NCBI RefSeq assembly: GCF_963676685.1
Contig: NC_092351.1
Coordinates: 78,244,001 to 78,308,000, forward strand
Source of the DNA: Mytilus edulis
Lineage: Eukaryota
Length of the DNA: 64,000 nucleotides
Direction of reading: 5' to 3'
Numbering within the stretch: the stretch's first letter is position 1; each line of letters starts with the position of its first letter. The translations under genes and the position numbers were made by a program. Under the pieces are notes generated by a model. That model ran no database searches. It was not told where the DNA came from and worked only from the letters and a program-made list of their open reading frames with translations. Of the stretch, positions 52,047 to 64,000 are shown piece by piece.

Positions 52047-54002
52047 GTGAACTCAAAAATGGCACGTCGTTTTAATAGAAATGCTAAAAAGCAAAAATTC
52101 CGATTCTACAATAAAAAAGAACGGAATAAATACAATATGCAGCAAAGAACTGCACATGCAAAAAAGCATGTTATTAATCTATCAAAACGCAGATTATCAA
52201 ATCAGGAATATATCCTGTTGGCGAAAGGCTTGAAATTTATACCAACGCCATCAAGCAAAAATGCAAAAATGTCTATACTAAAAGACTACAATGAATTTGC
52301 TAGAAAATTACGATGTCGGTATATGTTCAGTCAAGAAAAAACTGACCTTCATCCATTTCGTAGCAATACAGGATATAAACCTGCCTCTACGTGCCATACG
52401 TTGGAAAATTATATAGATTTAACCAAGCTTGAATTGTCTTTTCTACCAATAGAAAGAAATGTAAAAAACAATCTTACTAAGGGCGAAAGAATAGCGCTAC
52501 GCAATTTGAAAAATGATGAAACAATAGTAATAAAAAAGGCAGATAAAAATTCAAATTGTGTTATTTTAGACAGGCTAGACTACATAACAGAAGTCACAAG
52601 ACAACTAAATACTCAACATTACTGCCAATTAGATTCATTTAACATGGCAGAACTGAAAATCCAGGTCATTGAGTATATTAAATCATTATACGACCAAGGC
52701 ATAATCGACAAAATATCATTTAAATTTTTAACAAATGGTCAAAAATTAAGAGATGCACGATTAGGGAGAATTTATATTCTCCCAAAAATTCACCGTCTTG
52801 AAACAGAGACGTTTAAACAAATACAACATGATGGATTAAATGAATTAAATATAATTCCACCTGGCAGACCAATTATATCACAGTGTGGTTCTGTAACTGA
52901 ACTTATAGGTCATTACGTTGACTATTTTCTTATACCAATAGTTCAAAATCAGTCTACATATATAAAAGATACTACATCGTTCATTAATATCATTGAGAAA
53001 TTAAAACCTATGGCAAACAGCCTTTTGGTTTCATATGATATAACACAGATGTTTACTAATCTACCTCAAGAAGCGTTATTGGGTGCGGTTGAACGAGCAT
53101 ATGACAGTTTTGACAAATCAAACTTCAAAGTCAATGCTCCGCCAGTCAATGTATTGATACATTTGTTGAGAATTATTTTAGAAAACAATGTATTTGAATT
53201 TGATGGGAAAATTTACAAACAAGTAATAGGTACGGCAATTGGTGCAGTTCCTTCACCGGAAATCTGTGACATACTTATGTTTGAAATAATGAATCAAATT
53301 ATTTCTGCATTTCAATATAAAGACAAAATATTCTATCATGGAAGATATAGAGACGATGGATTCATAATATATGATGGAACATCAGATGAAATTATAGATT
53401 TTTTTCGTCTAGCAAATGATTATAACCCCTTATTAAAGTTCACCTATGAAATCAAAAACGATAAAATGTCGTTCTTGGATGTTGATGTAATTAAAGGTCA
53501 ACGATTTACAACATATGGCATCCTTGACCTTGAAATACATTTTAAAGAAACAAATTCTTATCTGTTTCTGCACAGAAATAGCTGTCACTCACAGCATGTA
53601 TTCAGAGGATTTATTAAAGGTGAAGCAATACGGCAAATTAGAAATACAAGTGACCATAACAAATTAATAAACAATCTAACTAATTTCAAAGTGAAATTAT
53701 TAGATAGGGGTTATGATAACGCTGAAATAGATGATAGTATTACTGATGCTTTATCAATTGACCGTACTGATTTATTACAACAAAACAAATCTAAAGAGAA
53801 GCAAAGTATTCCGTTAGTTTTAATAACTAAATATAATCCATATATACGTAAAATAAAGAAACGTATAATGAAACACTGGCATTTATTACAGTTCGACGAA
53901 GACTGTGTACAAATATTCAATACAGCACCAATAGTTGCGTATAGCAAACATAAAAGTATTGGAGATATGCTTAGTAGATCAAAGTTAAAGAATGTAACAT
54001 AA
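52047..54002 (+). CDS. Penelope-like RT, EN-less
   Basis: Intact ORF. Confidence 0.92.
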   Translation: MNSKMARRFNRNAKKQKFRFYNKKERNKYNMQQRTAHAKKHVINLSKRRLSNQEYILLAKGLKFIPTPSSKNAKMSILKDYNEFARKLRCRYMFSQEKTDLHPFRSNTGYKPASTCHTLENYIDLTKLELSFLPIERNVKNNLTKGERIALRNLKNDETIVIKKADKNSNCVILDRLDYITEVTRQLNTQHYCQLDSFNMAELKIQVIEYIKSLYDQGIIDKISFKFLTNGQKLRDARLGRIYILPKIHRLETETFKQIQHDGLNELNIIPPGRPIISQCGSVTELIGHYVDYFLIPIVQNQSTYIKDTTSFINIIEKLKPMANSLLVSYDITQMFTNLPQEALLGAVERAYDSFDKSNFKVNAPPVNVLIHLLRIILENNVFEFDGKIYKQVIGTAIGAVPSPEICDILMFEIMNQIISAFQYKDKIFYHGRYRDDGFIIYDGTSDEIIDFFRLANDYNPLLKFTYEIKNDKMSFLDVDVIKGQRFTTYGILDLEIHFKETNSYLFLHRNSCHSQHVFRGFIKGEAIRQIRNTSDHNKLINNLTNFKVKLLDRGYDNAEIDDSITDALSIDRTDLLQQNKSKEKQSIPLVLITKYNPYIRKIKKRIMKHWHLLQFDEDCVQIFNTAPIVAYSKHKSIGDMLSRSKLKNVT

Positions 54003-54013
54003 AATTGACAGTT

Positions 54014-54194
54014 GGACCCCTGATGATGGTAGATCTGTCATAACAACTAGATATATTGAAGAAGAATTAAAATATAAATATATCAATATAAACATGAATA
54101 ATTTTCATATTTGATTATATTCAAATAATGCATCTTAAAATGACCATCCCAAGCTTAACTACCGAAACACGAAATTGATATTTGTGTCGGGTCC
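54014..54194 (+). ncRNA. Predicted type I hammerhead ribozyme (copy F)
   Basis: Same motif as 44667-44847. Confidence 0.75.
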
Positions 54195-56079
54195 TATCAG
54201 CAATATGGGATGCGTGGTTGCATGGGTGTTTTATTATAACAAAATAAAATTTTAGCCGTAAGAGTTTTGAATTAAAATTTCTGTAGGCTAAAAATTTAGT
54301 TTTAATATATAAATTTATTGTGTATTATATATGAAAAGGGAATGCTAAAGTTGTAGCAAACATGTTATGTCTTTTCTTTTTATTGCAGGATGATACTAAA
54401 CCAGTTCGGAATTGTTTTTTCTTGTTTCTTTTATAGATAAATTGTATTCAGCTGAATTATTAAAAAGCTGAATGCAGTTTCTCTGGCACAAAAGAAATTA
54501 AGGTTTTTCAACATAGATGCGAATTGTTTCTCTTGATGAAATGGTTATTTAAAAAGATATATGTAAGTAATCATACATTAAATTCAAAACACAGGTTTTT
54601 AGCGAAAAAACATAGATTTTTAGCCATTTTGCAATGATTCAAAACAATCCATTTTGAGAATGAAAATTGCAGAGTATCAATATTTATTGCAGTCCGTTAG
54701 ATGTAAAAAAAAAATAAGTAAAACCAGTGTCCATAACATTAAACTAATGGCAAACATGTTTACTGTACATGGCGTTTGGTGTGAACACGGCCTTCTATAG
54801 AAGCTTAACATGCATGCAATGTTTACAGTGCAGTTGTGTATGAAACAAACAACAGTTGGAAGCTGCCCAAATTGTGTATATTAAAAAACAAAATATGGGA
54901 AGAACAAGCAAGTCAAATTTAAAACATAAATCAAAGCGCGAATGCGCTGTAAAGGTAATTATCTACATGTCTTGCGATTTGATAGTCTAGATTGTTTATA
55001 ATCAAACATATTTAATGGATTATACAGAGAAAAAGAACAAAAGGTAGTTAATTTTTCTAATGGTAGAGTAAAAAAAGTCAATACTGAAACAATGCTGGCG
55101 ACGATACGATTTCCAAATTGTAATAATTATTGTTCATTTTAAAGAATTTTGTGGCTGAACTTTTTTATTAGAAATATACGTGCAAATACAATAATGTTTT
55201 ATGTTCAATATTTAGTAAATTTACAGTTTTCGACTAAGATATATATATATCGACAAAAAAAGTGGAAAACAATCAGTAACATACAAATAATGCATACACA
55301 TCTAAGATCTGTCAGGTCCCTTATTATAGAAGAGTTTCACAAAATCATTACATGTAGCATGCTACAAGTTCCCAAAGCATACATTTTTCTTTCAACCCAA
55401 AGTTGACGAGCACACCGGTCTGCTTTTCTCACCATCATATTCAATAGAGAAATATTGTCTTTTCTCGAAAATAATAAAACTAAACTGTGTTTCTATGTTT
55501 GTGTAAGTTAAGAAATCAAAGATAGAAGGTCGTTTTATATTTCTACAATTTGGAATCAATTTTTACAAAAGTTCAACTCGATTTTTGTACATGTATTTGC
55601 GGTCTTTTCGGTCTATTTATATTCAATGTTTACATATCAAGACAATGTTCCGTTAAAATGTGCGTAGTATATCAATTGATTCGCTTAGAATCCCACTGAC
55701 TTTCCCTGGTATAGCTGTATTTTGCACGTTCTAGTAAGGTATACAGCCCGTAGAATAACATAAATTAGTGAAATATAAAGTTAGAACTCACGGAATGTAT
55801 TCTGAAAGCAACATTCTCTAATTTTTGTACTATTTCTACATTTCCTGAGCGGTGTGAGAAAAATATTTCCCCTCACTAGTGAAAAAACTGTTCTCGGCAA
55901 ATGATTAGTCGAATTTGATTATAACGTCTAAATGTTTTGTTTTCTTCTGAATTTTCCTATTGTGACGTCATGAAAAAAGGCGACAATGCCTGATGACATC
56001 GCATATAAAGACCACAAGTTTCTGAAAATCTTTGAAAAAGAACGATAAAAAGCATTAGCGAAACAGATTCCGACACTGT

Positions 56080-56210
56080 AACTCGTGTATTATGATATTT
56101 CTCCACTCTCGACAATTAAATTTTATTATTAAAAGAGCTCGGAAAGCATCACGCTTTAAATAATAACATTTAACTGTCTCGAGTGGAGAAATATCGTAAT
56201 ACACTTGGTA
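56080..56210. repeat. ~130-bp imperfect palindrome
   Basis: GTGTATTATGATATTTCTCCACTCTCGACA ... TGTCTCGAGTGGAGAAATATCGTAATACAC. Confidence 0.7.
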
Positions 56211-56458
56211 GTGTAAGAATCTATATTTATAAACTAATGTTACGTCACGCTTCTATAGCCTTATGTGCTCGTCGTTTGTTACTTCTGCGGAAATTATAAC
56301 ATTAAAAGGAAGTTTTGTTTTTATTGCAACTTACTAGTATTTCTATCATTACCATTTACAAGAACGTTTTCCGTTCATCCGTTACCGAAATTGTTTAGTT
56401 TTCAGTATTTACATGCATGGGAAGTAATACGTTTATACTGTATTACTTTTCAGGAAAT

Positions 56459-56709
56459 AAAATTGAGAAATAAAAGGGGAATGTGTCAAAGCGAGAACAA
56501 CCCGACCATAGAGCAGACAAAAGCCGAGGGCCACCAAATGGGTCTTCAATGTAGCGAGAAACTGTCGAACCCGTAGGCGTCCTTCAGCTGACCCCTTAAA
56601 AAATATGTATACTAGTACAGTGATAATGGACGTCATACTAAACTCCGAATTATAAACAAGAAACTAAAATTAAAAACCATACAAGACTAATACAGACCAG
56701 AGGCTCCTG
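56459..56709 (-). mobile_element. 3'-terminal fragment of the Naiad-type element
   Basis: Matches 28423-28668. Confidence 0.75.
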
Positions 56710-58599
56710 CTAGCAATTTCAAATATTGAGAAGTTTGTTCAACTGTAATGATATGAGTACATCAATGCACAACTATATTTTAAATTAAAATATCACCAAC
56801 TACAGAGTACTCATACTAAATATAGTGTAATTAAATATTTGGGGTCAATTAGGATTTTCACTATTTGTGGTTATTCACATCTCGAGTTAACAAAAATACC
56901 ACTCTAGTAATGACTTGGTGCGAATTCATCTCAAAATACATCGAGTTATATAAATAAATAATGCATCTCAGAGTGTCAACTTCTTTCAAGAAGATCATTA
57001 TTCTTAAAAAGATTACTATTATCAAACAAAATTCAAATTCCAAACATGACTCCACGAAATGAATATGCCAGGTCACCAATAATTGTTTAATACTACCATA
57101 GTTTTGATAAAAAAAATGAGAATAGAAATGGGGAATATATATTGTCAAAGAGACAACAGCGCGAACAATTAAAATATTTAGAAAAATAAAACTCCTACCT
57201 TTATTATGGCATAAATAGCTAACAGTATTCATAAAGAAAGATAATATGTTGCCTTATTTCGGTTTCAGTATGACTGTATACTATTTATATTATTCTAGGA
57301 AATAAATGATATTAACAAACCGATATACTAATAGAATACATAACTAATACATGATGTAACTGTTGCAGAACTGAAGTATTTAGATAGGTAAACGTGTTAT
57401 ATAGATAAAATGAGAGGGTTAATTTCTGACCTACAGACTCTGTCAATGCTTTTAACTAAATCAAAAAGTGGTATTTTGAAATGTGTACTAAATTTCGACT
57501 GTATTTTTAATTCATATACAACGCATTTAATTGAAGTACTGAAAACTTAAATCATGACCAAAATGTAACAGAGGTTTAAGTGTACCTTACCGCTTTCGAG
57601 TGCACTTTAACTACCAAAGAATAACCTTGACATGTACATGCAACCTACGAATTCAAAATATCTGCGATATGTGTCGTCTTATGTATTAATACATTATGTA
57701 AGATTTTGGAGAAGAAGGTCATTAATGCATTTTAACAGGAACATTTAATTAAACCATTTCATTGTATTTTATAATTCACGAAGGCATTGAAGCTTGGAAC
57801 ATGTCATACTGTGTAAGGCGGTAAGGTTCAATAAATGTATTTGCGGTAATGTCCCCGAATTGTTACTTTACTTTAACAGAATTCAGAAAAAAAAATCTCC
57901 TTTTTGCCTTAGGGTATACAAATTGTAACAAAACCACATACTTTTGGAGGCTTTATTATTTTGGAACTTGAAGATGCATACATAAAATAATATTTGAAAT
58001 AAGGTTCCACATACATGTAAAAGATAGTTCTGTTCAAAGCATTTAGTTGCATATCTGCCTCGGCAACAGTTTTTTTGAGAGAACAAAATTATAAAAATGG
58101 TTATAATCATTTCATGTAAAGAGGTCAGGTACTCCTTTGATGATATTTTATATCTTAACGTGTTGTGACTTATTTCGTCCTTTAAGTGTTTAATTCAGAA
58201 AACAAGTGTACATCATCTAGCTTTCAAATCCATTATTTTTATAAACTAACATTCAAATTGCACAAAACTAGAGCACAGGTAAAGTGTGTTTGGATATATA
58301 ACTAACACCGAGATTGAGTCTTAATACATGTAAAGTCATTTAATTTTATTTGACAAGTTATTAAAAAAAATAGACATAGACGTTATCTTATTCTTGAAAA
58401 TGTTCTTCGAAATATAAGTCAGACATTCATCGCTGTTTCCCCTTTTTCATGCCGAAAAAAATGACTAGCCTTTACTTTTTGATCTTCAAAATGCATGAAT
58501 TAAAAACCTTTTTTTGAGTTAAATCAGGAACTATTAACATTCAATATCTGTTACCAATACCACATCTTTTTATATCTTATTCTACATAATTTGTAATTG

Positions 58600-60168
58600 T
58601 GACAAATGTCTGTCGGATCGCAGAAACAAAAGTCACATGGATGAAAAACTCTGACGTTATTATTCACCACGGTCTTGTATTTTATCCATTAGAATACACA
58701 GCGTTTTCATCAACATATAGATGGCTCTCTTCCGTTACTATTATCAATGCCGGAGCTGAAGACTTCAACGTATCTAACAAACATGTATTTCAGATGTTTT
58801 TTCTCATGTTTCTTACGAATCAGTGTTGGAGTTTCACGATAGGTAAAATCAGTTTAAAATGTTTACCGAACTATTATTTTATATTAAATTGATAAAGTTT
58901 TCGTCTGTACCTTAGAAAAATCGTCCTGAATACGCATGAAATATTTGCTACTGGACGCTTCAATCAATAGAACGAAAGGTTTGGGTATAAAATAGATATT
59001 CAACTTTATAAGTTTTGTTTTATCAATGTTTCAATCGCTTAATTAAATGATGTAATTATTATAGATATTGCATCAAGTGTTCTACAATGTGTACTGAAAT
59101 AAATACCTAATGGCAATAGTTCATGCACTTATTCTACCTGTGATACACAATATTTATTTTGAGTTGTCTTTCTTTGTATGCATGATTGACAATGCAAACT
59201 AGTGTATAGAGGACTACATATAGCTCAATTCTTAAATTTTTACTCTTTTTGCAGTTTTACCAGATGAAAAAAATACACCTGTTAAATGGTATTTAAGGGA
59301 AAACATTTGGGTGAATATTTCCTGGCAACATATCTATCCAATACCAAAATGTGAATTACTGCGCAATGTAATTTAAGAAACCTTACATACAACATCTGCA
59401 TTTGAATAAAAAGATACACGTGATCAGATGTTTTTACTAATTCATAATTTAATGCTTTCCTCGTCTGATTGGTTTTCGTCCTATTGAGAATACACCGTGG
59501 CGTCACAATTTCCTTTGAGAATGCGTGCATAGATCGAATTCAAATTAATGTGTATGACCATATAATACTCATCCTTGTAATTTCTTTTATTTTTATGTAC
59601 ATAAGTTAAAATAAAGTTATTTAAAGTTCGAATACTATGTAGAAATGCTATTTAGAACAAGTCAAATAAGTAAAACGCAAAGACACTTAATGTTCATATG
59701 CTAATTTGAATCATATCTGCTTGTCAATCATTAAAACGAAAGAATGACCGCTGTAGATTGAATGAACACGCAGTTTTACTATAAGCCGAACATGGCATGG
59801 CTATAAATGCCGGTACAATTTGCATTTTGTTATCATTTAAGAGTTTTCCTGTTACCAATGCTGTGTTAACTGGTTAATATTTTACAAAATGAAAGCTAAT
59901 ATCTTAAAATGCTGATCTTTGCAAACTTTTGTGCAAAGAAACATTTATAGTTTTTATGGTTTTTTTTTACCATGATTGTTTGTTTTAAAGAATAATCTCC
60001 TTTCAACGACTTACAGCAGTGACAGTCAAAAGATAGAAATTTTCTACAGTGCAAATTTATCTTTTGTTAGTAATTCAAAAGTATGCGAAGGCAACTTAGA
60101 GTTAAAGTGTACTTTACAAACTGAAGGACTGACTGTTGGTAGTAAATATCTATTACCGTCCTGTAAAG
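58600..60168 (+). pseudogene. Ig-like receptor paralog, degenerate
   Basis: Partial frameshifted Ig exon (VTWMKNSDVIIHHGL..SSVTIINAGAEDFN../TCISDV..SYESVL), exon 59255-59367 (LPDEKN..IYPIPKCELLRN) and exon 59991-60168. These parallel exons 2-4 of the gene at 30545-34651 in motif and phase. Confidence 0.7.
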
Positions 60169-61268
60169 GTACATATTTTCAGAAAGATGAAACATTAAAC
60201 TAGCATCTATATAAAATATAACATGTGGCATAGCTGTTTATGATATAACTCTCCACCAGCGACCAAATGACATATTTATTTTTCATTTATAGGTTACTAT
60301 ACTGCCTTCAACAATGAACAAAACCCAGACCGCATGGTCAGCTTAAAAAAGTTCTCGACATTCCAAATGTAAAACAATCAGCCTGATTTATGTACAAAAC
60401 AGTGAACAAAAAATCAATATGATAAACAGCAACAAACGACAACAACTGAATTGAAGGCACCTACCTTTTATAAGACTATATTGGATCACCACCCCCTTTT
60501 ACACCGTGACACCCTTGACAGTTGACTGTGGTGTAAAACATAAGGACAAACAATCAGTTAAAAAGGGATTAACTCTTCAAAGTGATACAAATATAACAAA
60601 AACATAGATCAACCTCGGAGGTCAACAGCAAAGGTTACGGTATACTGTTATGCCAGATCAACCATTAACACTTAATACCATGTCTTCTTTAATTAAAGCT
60701 TAGGTGGGAACATCGAATCTTCAGAAACATAAAAATCGCTAAGATAATCAGCGAATTCGACACATCTCTTATCTGCTGGTGCAACGGACATGAATTCCTA
60801 TATGAAACAACCCCATACATCTTGATCGTCTAGAAATGCTATGTCGAGTAAATTTGGTAAATTGTCGCTAAAATGGACTATCAAAAATACAGGTGAGCGG
60901 ATTAATCCGGCGTTTAAATGGGCTCTTATGTTGTCGCTCAAATGTCCTCTAGTATTTTTATTTATTTCGCTCAAATGTCTTGCGCCCAGATCACACACAT
61001 TTCAAAGGTAAGAAGACTTCATCAGTGATTATAATGTATCTTTTACAATTTTAAAAATTTTCTTTGGGCAGAAGTTCCGTGCAACACTATAATGGTCCAC
61101 AGTCGTTCCATGCCCATTATAATGAGTAATTTTATAGTTGTCATCAAACAATTAATGTTTTCACCGAAACTATCATAAAATTACAAACAACAACATGTAT
61201 AAAGATACGAAGTATAGAGGAATATTCACCATAATCGAGACAAGATAAAGAGAAAGAGCAGTTCCTAA

Positions 61269-61917
61269 GGTAGCAATACACAGTTAGGAATTTAGTTTCG
61301 CATTTTCGCCCCTGTGGATTTTTCAAATAGGAAAGTTATTGTGTAATACAATTCATTTTTAAACAGATGAGTGCTAATTTAGCCTTCAAAGATGGTTTAT
61401 AATAGCATCAAGATTATTTTTTACATGTTTTATGGACTGTTTTCTGTTTGACAATCCGTATTTTCATAGCTAGACCGGCCATCGGTCCAGAAATTAATGT
61501 GCTGTTTACAAACACTCTTTTTCTACACGAAGTTTTTGACGCAATTTTACAAAAATTGCATGAAAGACATATGATTTTCATTGGATTTGCAGAATGATAT
61601 ATGTACACAGTTTCAGAAAAGGTATTACTTCAAGCAATTGAAATTCTACTTTTAGCCAAAATTTGGGGAAATAAGTGACATCTTTCTCCCCCTTTTTGCA
61701 ATATTAAATAACAAAAAAATGCAGATTGTTGCCATGGTTACATCAAAAAGAAATTATATTTTAACATTTTATATACTGGATATAAAATCTATGGAAGATT
61801 ATGATTACATACATATGCCCATATATGACACAATTGTAAGCTTGATATTGCAAGAAAGCAATGAAAAGGGGATGGTAAAATTCATAAGGGAAAATTTTAG
61901 TACTGTTTATTGCTACC
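61269..61917. mobile_element. Non-autonomous DNA transposon (Kolobok-like)
   Basis: TIR GGTAGCAATACACAGT / ACTGTTTATTGCTACC with degenerate TTAA-like flanks (CTAA / TTAT). Confidence 0.6.
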
Positions 61918-63082
61918 TTATGGCATACTTACCAAACTCAGAATTGTATAATTTAAGACTTTTCATGCCACAAATTTATTGACATTTAGATTCTAAATCA
62001 ATTTCTGAGTAAATTAAGCGTTTAAGAATGACAATATATGTCAATTTCATTGTTTACAGTCCTTAGCAACCAAAATTATACATTTTGATACAAGACTTAT
62101 ATTTATACTCTATCGGATTAACTCTTGCTTCTGATGGATTGGGCTGCATGTAGAAGCCTAAGTATTGAACGCGTTGGGTTTTTTCTTGCCAATATATCAA
62201 ATTATTGTTTTAATTAAGATTTCGTGTTACATTTTGGCATATATCAAATGTATAGTTAAATCAGATATAAGAAATTGATTCCTTACCACCAAGTTTTTTA
62301 AATCAAGTCTTGGTTATGCAATAAGCATAAAGATTAACATTTTTATGCTTAAAATTGCTAAATTTTATACAATGTTGCATCATCAGAGGTCTTATTAAGA
62401 TATTCAACATTAATAAACTGACAAAGAGGTACAGTTTTTAAGATTTGGCTAAAATTTGAGGTAGAGACAAGATTTTACACTTTGAATTGGCACCTTTTAT
62501 GTCATTATATTTTATTGAAACCCAATATACACAGACGTGTCGCAAAACTGTTGACTTCTTATATTTGTCAAAAATATTGCGTTGTTGCAATTACAACAGG
62601 GTTATAAACATTGTAAATGCGTCAGCAATTTGGACATGTATCAAAACATGGTGTGTACCAGATGTTCTATCTATTTAATTAATATGACCCAATTTAAAAA
62701 AAAAGACTTCTTTAACTAGCTCTGAACTTGATTGAAAAAAGTTAATTATCATTGTAAACCATATTTAAATGTCAAAGATTGTTAACTTCATAACTGATGA
62801 AATATGTAATGAGGGCTATGCATTTCCACAAAATGTATCTATGGGTCGCACTTTTCACAATTATTCAGTTTACAAACTGTATGAATGGTGCGTTTATTTG
62901 GGAGCGCGTGTTTTAGGGAGAGAGGAGAGGGGTGCAATCCCACCTGCATATCTGTACCCAAAACCTACTTTCGCTATACCCCCATGAACCGACCAGGCCT
63001 TTTGCAGAACCAATTTAACGTGGGTCTAGAGATTTACAATGTTTAATATCAGAAATTCCATCTCCCTTGTAAGCTTAAGTGA

Positions 63083-63234
63083 CAGAGGCGGATTTAGGGT
63101 GGGGCAGGCCCCCCCCCCTTTTTGGGAAAAAAATTGGTTGCTTATATAGGGAATCACTGAAGCGTGACTGGAGCGGGCCCCCTCTTATGTCAGTTAGTGG
63201 GCCCCCACTTATGAAAATTTCTGGATCCGCCTCT
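63083..63234. mobile_element. hAT-like MITE
   Basis: CAGAGGCGGAT...ATCCGCCTCT with (T)AAGTGA duplicated on both flanks, consistent with an eroded 8-bp TSD. Confidence 0.65.
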
Positions 63235-64000
63235 AAGTGATACAATCAAGTTATCTTTCATACAACACTGTATTGGTTGTTTGTTTTGAACAATATCATG
63301 GTTATGCTCTGCAGAGTTATCTACCATAATTTGATGAATTTCAAATTGAAAATAAATACCATTTAAAAAAATTCTTGATCAACTACTGTACTACATGTAT
63401 GCAATAAGTGAAATTGTCTGTATCTTTTATGTTTATTTTTGTTTGGTGAATGAGGAATTGATTTAAAATGTTAAACCAATATTTAATAACTATCTAGAAT
63501 TGTTATAAACATATGTGTATTATCTCTATTTTCTTATTCAAGAGAACTGCGCGACCTTCGGGCATGTTTCCGGATGTTAGTTTTTTAATTAAATAAACAT
63601 TATGGGTGCCTGGGGGTATTTACATGTTTTTTTTTAATTTCAAGAACGCGTTCAATGTTAAATATGAAATGTTGTCCAAATTGAATGGTTAACAATGGGT
63701 TTCATGAATACAATGATTATTCTGATTTTATTCTGAATTTTAGCTCTATTTTGTAACTATTCCTGAAGCGAATAATAATACACGCAGGCATTTACACTAG
63801 GACTTTGCTAATCAAAAGTAAGTACATTAAATTCGTGATGTAAGATGTTCACACTCGAAAACGTATTTATGTCGACGCATTGTGGTATGTTTGTTTTTTT
63901 CTAAATTGGCTAGAGGTGTACGGGGATGGTTGAGATCTCCAAAAACATGTTAAACTCTGCCGCTTTTTTGCGCCTTTCCCAAATCAGGAGCCTCTGACCT

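Larger units (their letters stand above)
39197..54244. mobile_element. Bipolar tandem array of an endonuclease-less Penelope-like retroelement (2566-bp unit, 7 copies)
   Basis: Minus strand: 39197-41761 (full) and 41762-42501 (5'-truncated). Plus strand: 42510-44897, 44898-47463 (full), 47464-49235, 49236-51678 and 51679-54244 (full). All share the 3' end ...TTATTATAACAAA(A). Confidence 0.95.
38776..54698. mobile_element. Palindromic (foldback) element with ~420-450-bp arms, split at its centre by the PLE array
   Basis: The left arm 38776-39196 and right arm 54245-54698 are inverted repeats. The outer ~100 bp are nearly identical (AACGGACTGCAATAAAT.TTGATACTCTGCAATTTTCATTCTCAAAATGGATTG) and the inner part is more diverged. 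Flanking duplication is AGAT (or GA if the termini are TAACGG). Confidence 0.8.
38462..54792. mobile_element. Second Harbinger-like MITE copy (inverted relative to 1261-10918), outer host of the PLE array
   Basis: GTCCGTGTTCAC at 38462 and GTGAACACGGCC ending at 54792. 38640-38770 and 54700-54792 together align contiguously to the reverse complement of 1261-1470. The TSD is imperfect (TAA/TTC). Confidence 0.7.

Noticed and set aside
39180-54260. LTR retrotransposon or TSD-flanked insertion
   Set aside because: There is no gag, integrase, PBS or TG..CA. The immediate flanks (GATTTTCAA / TAAAATTTT) are not duplicated.
54370-54570. Exon-like segment (TTGCAG acceptor and GTAAGT donor) in the right foldback arm
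   Set aside because: There is no convincing reading frame, and it lies within a transposon arm.

Overview
AT-rich eukaryotic genomic DNA with two short N gaps. The repeat content suggests a bivalve mollusc, probably Mytilus-like (inference). Most of the window is nested transposon debris: Harbinger-, Kolobok-, Tc1- and hAT-like MITEs, Helentron/HINE-like tandem units, a decayed Crypton tyrosine recombinase, an RTE fragment, and a 5'-truncated Naiad-type Penelope element whose 3' end recurs as a dispersed repeat. Host genes are a small predicted myristoylated CxxC..CxxC protein with a truncated paralog, and two divergently oriented Ig-like receptor (pseudo)genes. The standout is a very young ~15 kb array (39197-54244) of seven near-identical copies of a 2566-bp Penelope-like retroelement. 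It encodes an intact RT but no endonuclease, and carries a predicted type I hammerhead ribozyme with a 126-nt stem II insertion. The array is bipolar: 3' ends are fused to both flanks, 5' ends meet in the middle, and there is no TSD. It sits at the symmetry axis of a ~450-bp-arm palindromic element that is itself inside a Harbinger-like MITE. This geometry fits telomerase-like extension of both ends of a double-strand break, possibly by rolling-circle reverse transcription. All alignments and structures were read by eye; none were computed.
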